From: Acidobacteriota bacterium
GTDB lineage: Bacteria > Acidobacteriota > Vicinamibacteria > Vicinamibacterales > UBA2999
Assembly: GCA_947465275.1 (NCBI GenBank)
Contig: CANIAI010000001.1
Span: forward strand, 1-25,398
Reading direction: 5' to 3'
DNA: 25,398 nt
A model generated the notes under the pieces. The model was not told the DNA's origin. It made no database searches and was given only the letters and a program-made list of their open reading frames with translations. Position numbers and translations under genes: made by a program. This document shows, piece after piece, positions 1 to 8,279 of the stretch. Positions within the stretch are counted from its first letter, which is position 1; each line of letters starts with the position of its first letter.

Positions 1-1138
1 CCAGCTCCCATCCGAAGCCCCAGCGCAGGGCGCGGTCCACGTCGTCGATCGACGGGGCGATGTGCGGGGCCACGCGTGCGGCGTAGACCAGTGCGGGTGT
101 CAGCGCCGACCGCAGCAGCCCACCCGTCGCGCTGCTGCTCGCGAACAGCCGCCGCACGCGGGCCGCGGTCGCGTCCGGCAGGTTCCCGGACGTGGCATCG
201 CCGGGCGTCGTCCGGCCGCGGTAATCCAGCGTCCTGATGTCCAGCACCCGGATGACGCTCGACCCGTCCGTGGCGGTCTCCCGTCGATAGAAGCCCTGCC
301 CCGCCTTCTCGCCCGTGAGCCCGTGCTCGAGCATCGCCTCGACGAACGGCGGCAGCGTGAACCAGCGCCGCGCGACTGGCTCGTCGAGCCGCGCCTGCAG
401 GTCGCGGATGACGCGCGCCGCGACGTCCAGCCCCGCGAGGTCGAGCGTCCGGAAGGTCGCGCTCTTCGGACGTCCGAGGAGCGGTCCGGTCAGCGCGTCG
501 ACCTCCTCGATCGTGCACGTCCCGTCCTGCACGAGCCGCAGCAGCGGCATCAGCGAGAAGAGCGCGAGGTGGTTGCCGATGAAACCGGGGGTGTCACGGG
601 CGACCACGACGCCCTTGCCGAGTCGGACCTCGGCGAACCGGGCGAGTGCGCGCACCAGGTTGGGATCGGTCCCGGGCCCCGGGACGAGTTCCAGCAACTG
701 CAGGTACCGCGGCGGGTTGAAGAAGTGGGTGCCGAGAAAGCGCTGCCGCCGGGTCGCCGGCAGCCCCTCCGCCAGCCCCTCGATCGAGAGCGCCGAGGTG
801 TTGGTGCTGATGACCGCCTCATCGGACGCCACGGCGGCCACCTTGGCGAGGAGTCCGCGCTTCACGGCCGGGTCCTCGACGATCGCCTCGATGATCCAGT
901 CGCACGCCGCGATGGCGGCCAGGTGTGTCTCGAAGCTGCCGGTGCTGATGAGTGCCGCTGTGTCAGGCGTGAAGAAGGGGTCCGGCTTCAGCGCCCGGGC
1001 GCGGGCGAGGCCCTGCCGCGCCGCGTCCACCGTCACGTCGAGCAGCAGCACCGGGAGCCCGGCGTTCGCGAGGTGCGCCGCGATCTGCGCCCCCATCGTG
1101 CCGGCGCCGAGCACGGCGGTCGTGCGGATCCGGATCAT
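1..1138 (-). CDS. fadN: 3-hydroxyacyl-CoA dehydrogenase, FadN-like (often fused to enoyl-CoA hydratase); 3' part lies beyond the left edge
   Basis: Missing from the ORF track because it has no stop in the window; translated by hand from ATG 1138. It reads MIRIRTTAVLGAGTMGAQIAAHLANAG (GxGxxG Rossmann), then DWIIEAIVED, STNTSAL, FLGTHFFNPPRY, DTPGFIGN, GEKAGQGFY and ends DDVDRALRWGFGWEL at the edge. It overlaps the upstream stop by ATGA (1135-1138). Confidence 0.9.
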   Translation of the reverse strand, partial: MIRIRTTAVLGAGTMGAQIAAHLANAGLPVLLLDVTVDAARQGLARARALKPDPFFTPDTAALISTGSFETHLAAIAACDWIIEAIVEDPAVKRGLLAKVAAVASDEAVISTNTSALSIEGLAEGLPATRRQRFLGTHFFNPPRYLQLLELVPGPGTDPNLVRALARFAEVRLGKGVVVARDTPGFIGNHLALFSLMPLLRLVQDGTCTIEEVDALTGPLLGRPKSATFRTLDLAGLDVAARVIRDLQARLDEPVARRWFTLPPFVEAMLEHGLTGEKAGQGFYRRETATDGSSVIRVLDIRTLDYRGRTTPGDATSGNLPDATAARVRRLFASSSATGGLLRSALTPALVYAARVAPHIAPSIDDVDRALRWGFGWEL

Positions 1139-2049
1139 GCGGAGGCGTTCCCCTCGGGGACCCGGGTCAGGGGACGGGTGAGGCAGGTCGGCCCGCCGGA
1201 CCCCTTGACGCTGATCTCGGCGCCCTCGTATTCGAGGACCTCGAACCCGGCCGCGTCGAGCGCGGCGCGCGTGGCCGGGTTGCCCCGCAGGGCCAGCACG
1301 CGCCGGTCGCCGAGCGCCAGGACGTTCGTCCCCATCGAGTCGTACTCCGAGGCGTCCACCTCGATGAGCCGCCACTGCTGCTCGAGCAGCCACGAGCGGA
1401 ACGTGGCCGGCAGCAGCGGCGAGTACACGACCGCGACCCTGGGCGCGACGGGACTCAGCAGCGACATCAGGTGCAGCACGTCGCCCGGGCCGCGCCAGTG
1501 GGGCAGCGGCACGGTGATGACCTCGATGCCCTGCGGCGCGAGAAGGGCCCGGAGCTGACGAATACCCTCAGGGTTCGTGCGATAGCCTTCCCCCACGGCG
1601 AGCGTCCGCGAGTCGAGCCAGGTGGCGTCGCCCCCTTCGAGCCGGCCAGGCGGCTGAATGGTCCCGAGAATCGGGAGCCCCAGGCTTTCCAGCGCATCCT
1701 GCTGGGCGGACGGCTCTCCGGCACGCAGCACCTTGCCCATCTGGCAGAGCACGATGCCGGCATCGGTCGGGATGCTCGCATCGCGCACGTAGATCGAGTC
1801 GAGGCCGGTGCGCCCGTCAGGCGCGAGCAGGTCGACCGTGACGCCGGCCGTCCGCAGCAATTGCACGAGCTGGTCGAACTCGTCGCCCGCCCGGCCCAGG
1901 TCTGGTGGCGCCGTGAAGCCGAGCTCGCGCCACTGGGCGGCGATGGCGGCGGCACTCCGGAACGCCTCACGCGGGTGCTTCATCAGCACCCGCACCAGGG
2001 TTCCCGTGTCGCCCTGCGCGGAGGGCATGGCGGCAGGCGTCGCGGTCAT
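1135..2049 (-). CDS. Amidinotransferase/DDAH/arginine-deiminase superfamily (pentein) hydrolase
   Basis: Motifs SIYVRD, GRLEGGD, DVLHLMS and C-terminal KGSGGPTCLTRPL (catalytic Cys) match the Cys-His-Asp/Glu pentein family. Confidence 0.88.
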   Translation of the reverse strand: MTATPAAMPSAQGDTGTLVRVLMKHPREAFRSAAAIAAQWRELGFTAPPDLGRAGDEFDQLVQLLRTAGVTVDLLAPDGRTGLDSIYVRDASIPTDAGIVLCQMGKVLRAGEPSAQQDALESLGLPILGTIQPPGRLEGGDATWLDSRTLAVGEGYRTNPEGIRQLRALLAPQGIEVITVPLPHWRGPGDVLHLMSLLSPVAPRVAVVYSPLLPATFRSWLLEQQWRLIEVDASEYDSMGTNVLALGDRRVLALRGNPATRAALDAAGFEVLEYEGAEISVKGSGGPTCLTRPLTRVPEGNASA

Positions 2050-2050
2050 C

Positions 2051-2854
2051 TCACGTCCACCGCGTCAGGATCGACTCGCGATCGAACAGCACCACGGCCA
2101 GCCGCATCAGCCCGACGTTGAAGAGACCGAGCCCCAGCGCGATCCAGGCCAGCACCCCCGCCGTGAGCTGCACGCCGCCCATGAGCTGCGCCACCATGAG
2201 TCCGCTGAGCGGCAGGATGATCAGCGCGCCGATCTGCTGGGCGCTTCGGGCGTCGTTCACGCGTGACGACACGCAGACCGCGAGCTGCAGCGCGGCGAGC
2301 GTGGCCAGCGGGGCGAGGACGAACATCGTCGCGAGCGAGCGCGGCAGCAGCAGCACCGTCCAGACGCCGGGGAGCGCGAGCATGACGATCAACGCCAGGT
2401 ACACCAGGTAGCAGCCGACCGCGAGCACCAGCGACGGGAGGAACGCCCCGAGCACCTTCGCGGCGATCAGCTCGACCGTGCTGATCGGGGTCGCGAGCAG
2501 CGGCTCCAGGGTCCGCGCCTGCTTCTCGCCGATGACCGCGTAGGCGGCGACCGACATCGCGGCCGTGATCGGCGTGAAGGCGAGCAGCACCAGGAACTGC
2601 TGGAAGAGCCACGCCTGGATCGCCGCCTCGGGTTCGAGCGCCGTGGTGATCGGCTGCGCCCGGTAGAGTTCGAGCGCGACGCGGAAGTCGATCGAGTCCG
2701 AGAGCCGCTCACCCGAGAGCGCCGGGACGAGCACGGCGACGAAGAACGGCAGCAGCAGCGAGAAGGCGCCGCTGATGAGGGCCGGCATGAAGAGCGACCG
2801 GTTACCGCGGATGTCGACCAGCTCCTTCCGCAGGAGCGCCAGGATGCGCGTCAT
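2051..2854 (-). CDS. ABC-2 type exporter permease
   Basis: About 6 hydrophobic segments; motif AYAVIGEKQARTLEPLLATP..ELIAAK is typical of ABC-2 permeases. It is coupled by ATGA overlap to the upstream ATPase. Confidence 0.9.
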   Translation of the reverse strand: MTRILALLRKELVDIRGNRSLFMPALISGAFSLLLPFFVAVLVPALSGERLSDSIDFRVALELYRAQPITTALEPEAAIQAWLFQQFLVLLAFTPITAAMSVAAYAVIGEKQARTLEPLLATPISTVELIAAKVLGAFLPSLVLAVGCYLVYLALIVMLALPGVWTVLLLPRSLATMFVLAPLATLAALQLAVCVSSRVNDARSAQQIGALIILPLSGLMVAQLMGGVQLTAGVLAWIALGLGLFNVGLMRLAVVLFDRESILTRWT

Positions 2855-3777
2855 GCCGGTGCGCCCTCCTCCAGCAGCCGCAGGTACACCTGTTCGAGCG
2901 ACGCCTCTTCCGGCAGGACGGCCTGGATGCGGGCGCCTGCCCCGACGAGGCGGACCACGAGCTCGGGGGCGCGCAGGGTCGCGTCATCCACGGCGAGTGA
3001 CAGCCGATTGTCCTCCGCGAGGCGTTCGAGAATCCCCGGTCCCTCCGCAGCGGCCACCCACGCGTCGGCCGGACCGTCGAACACGACGCGGATGCGGGCG
3101 CCGAAGAGCCGTGCCCGCAGGGCGGCCGGCGTGCCGAGCGCCACGACCGTCCGCCTGAGGACCGCGACCCGGTCGGCGATCCGTTCGACCTCGTCGAGGT
3201 TGTGGGTCGAGAGCAGCACGGCGCGCCCCTGCTCCCGCAGGCGCAGCACGAGCCCACGCAGGTCTCGCGCGCTCTCGGGGTCGAGCCCTGACGTCGGCTC
3301 GTCGAGCAGCACCACCTGCGGCTCGTGCAGCAGTGTGCGGGCAAGCGCCACGCGCTGCTTGAGTCCCTTCGACAGCTGCGCGGCGGCGTCGCCCGCGCGG
3401 TCGCGGATGCCGAACAGGTCGAGCGTGGCGTCCACGGCTCTGGCAGGACGGTCGAGGCCATGCAGCTCGGCGTACACCATGAGGTTCTGCCGTACCGTGA
3501 GGCGGTCCCAGAGGCCTGGCGCCTCGGTGAGGAAGCCGATCCGGCCGCGCAGCCGGGGCGCGCTCGCGCGGGTCATCGACTCGCCGCCGATCATCACGGT
3601 GCCGCTGGTCGGCTCGATCAGCCCCGCCAGCATGCGCAGGGTCGTCGTCTTCCCCGCGCCGTTCGGGCCGAGCAGCGCGAAGATCTCGCCCGCCTCGAGG
3701 GTCAGCGACGCGTCGTCCACGGCGACACGCTCACCGAAGCGTCGGGTGAGTCGCGTGGCGGTCAGTGCGGCTCGCAT
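2851..3777 (-). CDS. ABC transporter ATP-binding subunit (exporter type)
   Basis: Walker A GPNGAGKTT, signature LSKGLKQR, Walker B VLLDEPTSGLDP, H-loop STH. Start placed at ATG 3777 (MRAALTATRLTRRFG); the longer track ORF to 4206 overlaps the next gene. Confidence 0.92.
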   Translation of the reverse strand: MRAALTATRLTRRFGERVAVDDASLTLEAGEIFALLGPNGAGKTTTLRMLAGLIEPTSGTVMIGGESMTRASAPRLRGRIGFLTEAPGLWDRLTVRQNLMVYAELHGLDRPARAVDATLDLFGIRDRAGDAAAQLSKGLKQRVALARTLLHEPQVVLLDEPTSGLDPESARDLRGLVLRLREQGRAVLLSTHNLDEVERIADRVAVLRRTVVALGTPAALRARLFGARIRVVFDGPADAWVAAAEGPGILERLAEDNRLSLAVDDATLRAPELVVRLVGAGARIQAVLPEEASLEQVYLRLLEEGAPA

Positions 3778-3787
3778 GCGGGCGGTG

Positions 3788-4828
3788 TCACGCGTCAGGA
3801 TCGAACTCGTAGCAGCCCGGGGTGACGAGCAGCCGCCCGTTGCCGGCGAACGCGAGGCTCGACGGCAGGAAGACGCCGGTGGACGAGAACTGCACCGTCC
3901 GCACCTTGTCACCGCTCGCATCGTAGACGTAGGTGTAGGGCACCGAGAACGCGATCCACAGCCGGCTCTGCGCGTCGACCGCCGCCGCCCTGACGGTGGG
4001 GGCCACGTACGGGATCTCGCGATCTTCCACGCGGCGGGTCGGCCACCGGTTCGGCAGCGCCGCGACCCAGCTGTCGAGCTCGGTGCCTTCGATGTGACGC
4101 TCGTAGACCAGGGTGCCCGTCGCGTCGTACTTGCGGAACATCGGGCGTCCAGCCAGGAACACGTAGTAGAAGCCGCCGGCAGGGTCGACGAGCGGCAGGC
4201 CGGCATTGAGCGCCATGTGCAGCGGCCGGTCCTGCTCGAAGCCTGTCTCGCGCAGCACCCCGATGCCGCGAAGCGGCGTGCCGGCGCGCGAGTATTCGGT
4301 GAAGAGCGCCCCGGTCTCGGGTTCGCTCATCAACAGCGTGCCCCGGCTGGTGAGCTGCAGCGACGCGACGCCGTTCAGTACCAGGTTGCCGACGGTGATG
4401 CTCGACGTCACGCGGCCGGGCAGGAAGAAGCCGTTGGTCCGCAGGCCGGCCGGGCCGAAGATCTGGATGCGTTCCTGTCCGCGGGGGGCGTCCGCGATGA
4501 CGAAGTCGCCGGTGGGCGACACGTCGAACCCGCGCGGCTGGATGATGCGCCCCATCTCGGGGCCGATCTCGACCAGCTTGCGCGAGGTGACGCGGTCGGC
4601 GTCGATCGTGTAGACGGCGTGGGCGCGACGGTCGAAGACGTAGTACGGCCCGCCCGGGGGCCGCTGGAAGCCAATCGGCTCCTCGAAGAGTCCGGTGACG
4701 TGCGGCGGAAGCGCGGCAACCGGCCTGAGGACGTCGACGCGCAGCGCGGCGCGCATCGCACGGGCACCAGGCACGAGCAGCGCGCAGGCGACCGCGACCG
4801 TGGCGAGCGCAAGGCCTGGTCGGGTCAC
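3788..4828 (-). CDS. Secreted NHL/6-bladed beta-propeller-like protein of unknown function
   Basis: GTG 4828 with GGAGG 7 nt upstream, followed by a signal-peptide-like stretch (TRPGLALATVAVACALLVPGARA). Blade-like repeats include PRGFDVSPTGDFVIAD, YYVFDRR, AAVDAQSRLWIAF and SLAFAGNGRLLV. It is the C-terminal part of track ORF 3788..5509. Confidence 0.75.
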   Translation of the reverse strand: MTRPGLALATVAVACALLVPGARAMRAALRVDVLRPVAALPPHVTGLFEEPIGFQRPPGGPYYVFDRRAHAVYTIDADRVTSRKLVEIGPEMGRIIQPRGFDVSPTGDFVIADAPRGQERIQIFGPAGLRTNGFFLPGRVTSSITVGNLVLNGVASLQLTSRGTLLMSEPETGALFTEYSRAGTPLRGIGVLRETGFEQDRPLHMALNAGLPLVDPAGGFYYVFLAGRPMFRKYDATGTLVYERHIEGTELDSWVAALPNRWPTRRVEDREIPYVAPTVRAAAVDAQSRLWIAFSVPYTYVYDASGDKVRTVQFSSTGVFLPSSLAFAGNGRLLVTPGCYEFDPDA

Positions 4829-4842
4829 GGCGGTCCTCCGGA

Positions 4843-7005
4843 TCAGTACGCGGCGACCTTGCGGATGGCGTTCAGGACGTGCTGGGAGCCCGGCAGGATG
4901 ACTTCCTCGAGCACCGGCGCATAGGCCACCGGCGTGTCGAGCGCGCCCACGCGCGTCACCGGCGCGTCGAGTTCGTGGAAGAGGTCCTGCGCGATGCGGG
5001 CGGCGATCTCGCCACCGAAGCCGGCGGTCACCTGGTCTTCGTGGGCGATGACCACGCGGTTCGTCTTGCGGGTGTAGGCCGCGATCGTCTCCCAGTCGTA
5101 GGGGATGATCGTCCGCAGGTCGACGACGGCCACGCTGATGCCCGCCTTCTCGGCCTGCTGCGCGGCGAGCAGCGAGCGCTGCACGAGCGCGCCCCACGTG
5201 AACACCACCACCTGGTGCCCGTCGCGCACGACGTGCGCCTTGCCGAACGGGATCGTGTAGTCGGGCCCGGGGTAGCGTCCCTTGTTGTACGTCTGCCGGT
5301 AGAGGTGCTTGTGCTCGAGGAACAGCACCGGGTCGTCGCACCGGATCGCGGTGCGCAGCAGCCCGGCCGCGTCCTGCGCGTTCGACGGGAAGACGATGCG
5401 GATGCCCGGGCAGTGCGCGAAGATCGAGACGCCCGACTGGCTGTGGTACGGCGCGCCGCCCCGCAGGTAGCCGCCGATCGGCACGCGAATCACCATCGGG
5501 CACGACCACTGGTTCGCCGACCGATAGCGCATCATCGCCATCTCGTCGCGCATCTGCATGAAGGCCGGCCAGATGTAGTCGAAGAACTGAATCTCGACGA
5601 CCGGCTTCAGCCCGCGCAGCGCCATGCCGATGCCGCGCCCGACGATGTTCGCCTCGGCGAGCGGCGAGTTGAAGACGCGGGTGCCGCCGAATCGCCGCTG
5701 CAGCCCGTGCGTCACCTTGAAGACGCCACCCTTGCCGGCGACCTGGCTCAGGATCTCCTCGCGGCTGGCGTCGGCGACATCCTCGCCGAACATGATGATG
5801 CGCGGGTTGCGCGTCATCTCGTCGCGCAGCGTGGTGTTGATCGCCGCCACCATCGTCTCAGGCGACCCGACGGGGGCGGGCTCGGCCTTGAACGCGTCCG
5901 ACGTCGGGTCGACGTCGGGCGAGAAGACGTAGAGCGTCGCCGTCTCCGGATCCGGCTTCGGCGCCTTGACCGCCGCGTCGGCAGCCGCGGTGACCTCACG
6001 GTCGATCACGGCGGCCAGCTCGGAGAGTTCCTCCGCGGTCGCCAGGCCGTCATCGAGCAGCAGCGCGCGCATCCGGGTGAGCGGGTCGCGCCGCGCCTCG
6101 GCTTCTCGCTCCGCCGGCGTCTTGTAGAGCTTCTCGTCGTCCGACAGCGAGTGCGAGTAGGGACGGGTCACGTGCGCGTGCACCAGCGCCGGGCCCTTCC
6201 GGGCACGCGCGTGGGCGACCGCATCGCGCATGGTCCGATGGCTGTCGATGTAGTCGGTGCCATCGCAGCGGAACACGGTCAGGCCGGGGATGTGCTCGAC
6301 GATACGGGAAATGTCGCCGCCCGGCGTCTGCGCCTCGACCGGCACCGAGATCGCGTACCCGTTGTCCTCGACGAGATAGACGACCGGCACCTTGCGGTTG
6401 CAGGCGGTGTTCAGCGACTCCCAGAACTCGCCTTCGCTGGTCGCCCCGTCGCCGACCGAGATGTAGGTGACCTCGTCGTCGTGCACCGCCGTGGCGGCGT
6501 CGGCGAGCTGCGGAATCCGCTTGTAGAGGTCGGACGCCTCGGCGCAGCCGATCGCGTGGAGCGCCTGCGTGCCGGTGGCGCTGCTCTGCGACGGGATGTT
6601 GAACTTCGTGCTCGTCCAGTGCGAGGGCATCTGCCGGCCGGCGGACGCCGGATCGTCCTTCGACCCGACCGAGGCGAGCAGCATGTCGAGCGCCGTCACA
6701 CCGAGCGTGAGGCACAGGGCACGGTCGCGATAGTAGGGGAAGAACCAGTCGTAGCCCGGACGGAGGTTCTTCCCGGCCGCCACGAGGATCGCCTCGTGTC
6801 CGGCCCCGCTGATCTGGAAGAACGCCTGGCTCTGGTTCTTGAGCTGGATCTCCTTGTCGTCGACACGCCGCGACAGGAGCATCAGCCGGTACGCCTCGAC
6901 GAGGTCGTCGCGGGTCAGGCCGTGATAGTCGCGCGTCGACGCCGCGTTCGTTGCCGATACGGCGCCGCGCGTCCCGCTGCCTGTGGCCAGGGTCGACCCG
7001 TTCAT
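4843..7005 (-). CDS. 2-oxoacid (probably branched-chain, 2-oxoisovalerate) dehydrogenase E1, fused alpha+beta subunits
   Basis: Alpha: [16 protein letters not shown] motif [28 protein letters not shown] loop. Beta: [36 protein letters not shown]. Start chosen at ATG 7005, just after a -10 box. Confidence 0.93.
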   Translation of the reverse strand: MNGSTLATGSGTRGAVSATNAASTRDYHGLTRDDLVEAYRLMLLSRRVDDKEIQLKNQSQAFFQISGAGHEAILVAAGKNLRPGYDWFFPYYRDRALCLTLGVTALDMLLASVGSKDDPASAGRQMPSHWTSTKFNIPSQSSATGTQALHAIGCAEASDLYKRIPQLADAATAVHDDEVTYISVGDGATSEGEFWESLNTACNRKVPVVYLVEDNGYAISVPVEAQTPGGDISRIVEHIPGLTVFRCDGTDYIDSHRTMRDAVAHARARKGPALVHAHVTRPYSHSLSDDEKLYKTPAEREAEARRDPLTRMRALLLDDGLATAEELSELAAVIDREVTAAADAAVKAPKPDPETATLYVFSPDVDPTSDAFKAEPAPVGSPETMVAAINTTLRDEMTRNPRIIMFGEDVADASREEILSQVAGKGGVFKVTHGLQRRFGGTRVFNSPLAEANIVGRGIGMALRGLKPVVEIQFFDYIWPAFMQMRDEMAMMRYRSANQWSCPMVIRVPIGGYLRGGAPYHSQSGVSIFAHCPGIRIVFPSNAQDAAGLLRTAIRCDDPVLFLEHKHLYRQTYNKGRYPGPDYTIPFGKAHVVRDGHQVVVFTWGALVQRSLLAAQQAEKAGISVAVVDLRTIIPYDWETIAAYTRKTNRVVIAHEDQVTAGFGGEIAARIAQDLFHELDAPVTRVGALDTPVAYAPVLEEVILPGSQHVLNAIRKVAAY

Positions 7006-7034
7006 GACCGAAAAATTATGGCACAATCACGACC
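7005..7034. promoter_or_regulatory. Putative bidirectional promoter made of two back-to-back extended -10 elements
   Basis: 7015-7027 ATTATGGCACAAT reads TG-G-CACAAT on plus (toward the cupin) and TG-C-CATAAT on minus (toward E1). It lies in the only AT-rich patch of a divergent intergenic region. Confidence 0.6.
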
Positions 7035-7051
7035 GGTCGGCCGTTCGCCGG

Positions 7052-7072
7052 CACCCCTGCCCACCCCTGCCC
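7052..7072. repeat. 10-bp tandem repeat (CACCCCTGCC)x2; forms a four-G-tract motif on the minus strand
   Basis: Units at 7052-7061 and 7062-7071. The minus strand reads GGG CA GGGG T GGG CA GGGG. Confidence 0.7.
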
Positions 7073-7076
7073 TGAC

Positions 7077-7424
7077 ATGCCCGTACATCTGCACCGCTGG
7101 GACGAAATCGCGCTCGACAAGGTGACCGAGATGGTGTCCCGGAAGGTGGTCAGCGGGGATCGCCAGATGCTCGCGCAGCTGTACCTCAAGCGGGGCGCGA
7201 TCGTGCCGCTCCACAGCCACCCGAGCGAGCAGATGACCTTCGTCCTGCAGGGTGCCCTGAAGTTCCTCGTCGAGGGGGAAGAGACCGTCGTGCGGGAGGG
7301 AGAGGTGCTGCACATCCCCGCTGGCGTGCCGCATCAGTCGGAGGCACTCGAGGACACGTTCGAACTCGACATGTTCAGTCCCCCACGCGAGGACTGGCTC
7401 GAGACTGCCGACCCGCCCAGCTGA
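7077..7424 (+). CDS. Cupin-domain protein, KdgF-like
   Basis: Metal motifs PLHSHPSEQ and IPAGVPHQS, plus C-terminal DMFSPPREDW, resemble KdgF-type cupins (HSHPHEQ...DxFSPxREDF). Confidence 0.85.
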   Translation: MPVHLHRWDEIALDKVTEMVSRKVVSGDRQMLAQLYLKRGAIVPLHSHPSEQMTFVLQGALKFLVEGEETVVREGEVLHIPAGVPHQSEALEDTFELDMFSPPREDWLETADPPS

Positions 7425-7471
7425 CCCGTCGCGCCGGCACCGGGTCGGAGCCGGGGGCAGCCCCCTGCGGA

Positions 7472-8221
7472 TTAGTGGACCCGGCGATCGATGTCGTCGG
7501 CCCGGCCGCCCGGGTAGACGTCGAAGCGCCGGCGCATCCGGTTGATGCGCCACTTCAGGTACCGGTACTTGATCTCGGAGATCAGGTGCACCCGTCCGCC
7601 CTTCAGGTACAGGTAGCCCGCCGCGATCCCCCCGAGGTGCGCCACGTGCGCGACGCCGCCCGACCCCTGAGCCGCCGACATGAGGGCGATGCCCCCCATG
7701 ATCAGGACGAAGTAGCGCACCTGGATCGGGAAGAGGCCCCAGAACAGCAGCTCCCGTCGCGGGAAATAGATCGCGTAGGCCAGCAGCAGCCCATAGACGG
7801 CACCCGACGCGCCGATCGTCTGGGCGTAGTACATCTGCGCCAGCGGAGCCACCGGCACGAGCGACGCGAGCAGCTGGGTGAGACCGGCACCAATCCCTGA
7901 GACGAAGTAGAACTTCGCGAAGTACCGGCTGCCCCACATCCGCTCCAGCTCGACGCCGAACATCCAGAGCGTCAGCATGTTGAACAGGATGTGAAACACC
8001 GACCCGTGCAGGAACATGTACGTCGCGAGCTGCCAGATACGCAACCCGCCGAACACCTGCGCCGGAACGAGCCCGAGGTAGAGATCGACCTGCGCCACCA
8101 GCTGCTGCAGGACGAACAGCGTGACGTTCGCGATCAACAGCGCCTTCACGACCGGGGTCACCGGTCCGGGCCCGAAGCTGTACCCGCCGAAGCTGGAAGT
8201 CGATCGGTAGCGCGAGCGCAT
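7472..8221 (-). CDS. Rhomboid family intramembrane serine protease
   Basis: WQLATYMFLH, HILFNML, ELERMWG, catalytic GASG and AHLGG, and a basic C-terminal tail. Start at ATG 8221; GTG 8230 is an alternative. Confidence 0.95.
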   Translation of the reverse strand: MRSRYRSTSSFGGYSFGPGPVTPVVKALLIANVTLFVLQQLVAQVDLYLGLVPAQVFGGLRIWQLATYMFLHGSVFHILFNMLTLWMFGVELERMWGSRYFAKFYFVSGIGAGLTQLLASLVPVAPLAQMYYAQTIGASGAVYGLLLAYAIYFPRRELLFWGLFPIQVRYFVLIMGGIALMSAAQGSGGVAHVAHLGGIAAGYLYLKGGRVHLISEIKYRYLKWRINRMRRRFDVYPGGRADDIDRRVH

Positions 8222-8254
8222 GGGATCCACAGTCTGTTACAACGTCACCGGGAG

Positions 8255-8271
8255 AGCAACTTTCATGCCCC
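8255..8271 (-). promoter_or_regulatory. Putative sigma54 (-24/-12) promoter for the rhomboid gene
   Basis: Minus strand GGGGCATGAAAGTTGCT gives GG-N10-GC with GGCA-T-G-N4-TTGC-T, against consensus TGGCACG-N4-TTGCW. The predicted start site is about 8244, in the 58-bp murJ-rhomboid gap. Confidence 0.6.
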
Positions 8272-8279
8272 GGTCGGGC

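Noticed and set aside
3757-4757. MRAAL occurs both at the ABC ATPase start and inside the propeller N-terminus
   Set aside because: Only five common residues, with different codons and no wider DNA repeat; chance in high-GC sequence.
3778-5509. Apparent N-terminal extensions or fusions: ABC ATPase to 4206, and propeller to 5509
   Set aside because: The extensions overlap other real genes in a different frame and are low-complexity. Internal starts with RBS or signal peptide explain the genes, with no sign of a frameshift.
62-7125. Long plus-strand ORFs 62..1558, 2927..4924 and 4879..7125
   Set aside because: They are antisense shadows of well-supported minus-strand genes. Stop codons are scarce in high-GC DNA, and the translations are Arg/Gly/Ala-rich with no motifs.
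7077-7424. Cupin as the missing FdtA/QdtA 3,4-ketoisomerase for the sugar cluster
   Set aside because: Its motifs are KdgF/Cupin_2-like rather than FdtA-like, and it is 5 kb away on the other strand with its own promoter.
7423-7468. GC hairpins between the convergent cupin and rhomboid genes (GACCCG..CGGGTC; GGGGG-CAG-CCCCC)
   Set aside because: Short stems with no U-tract on either strand, so they cannot be called intrinsic terminators.
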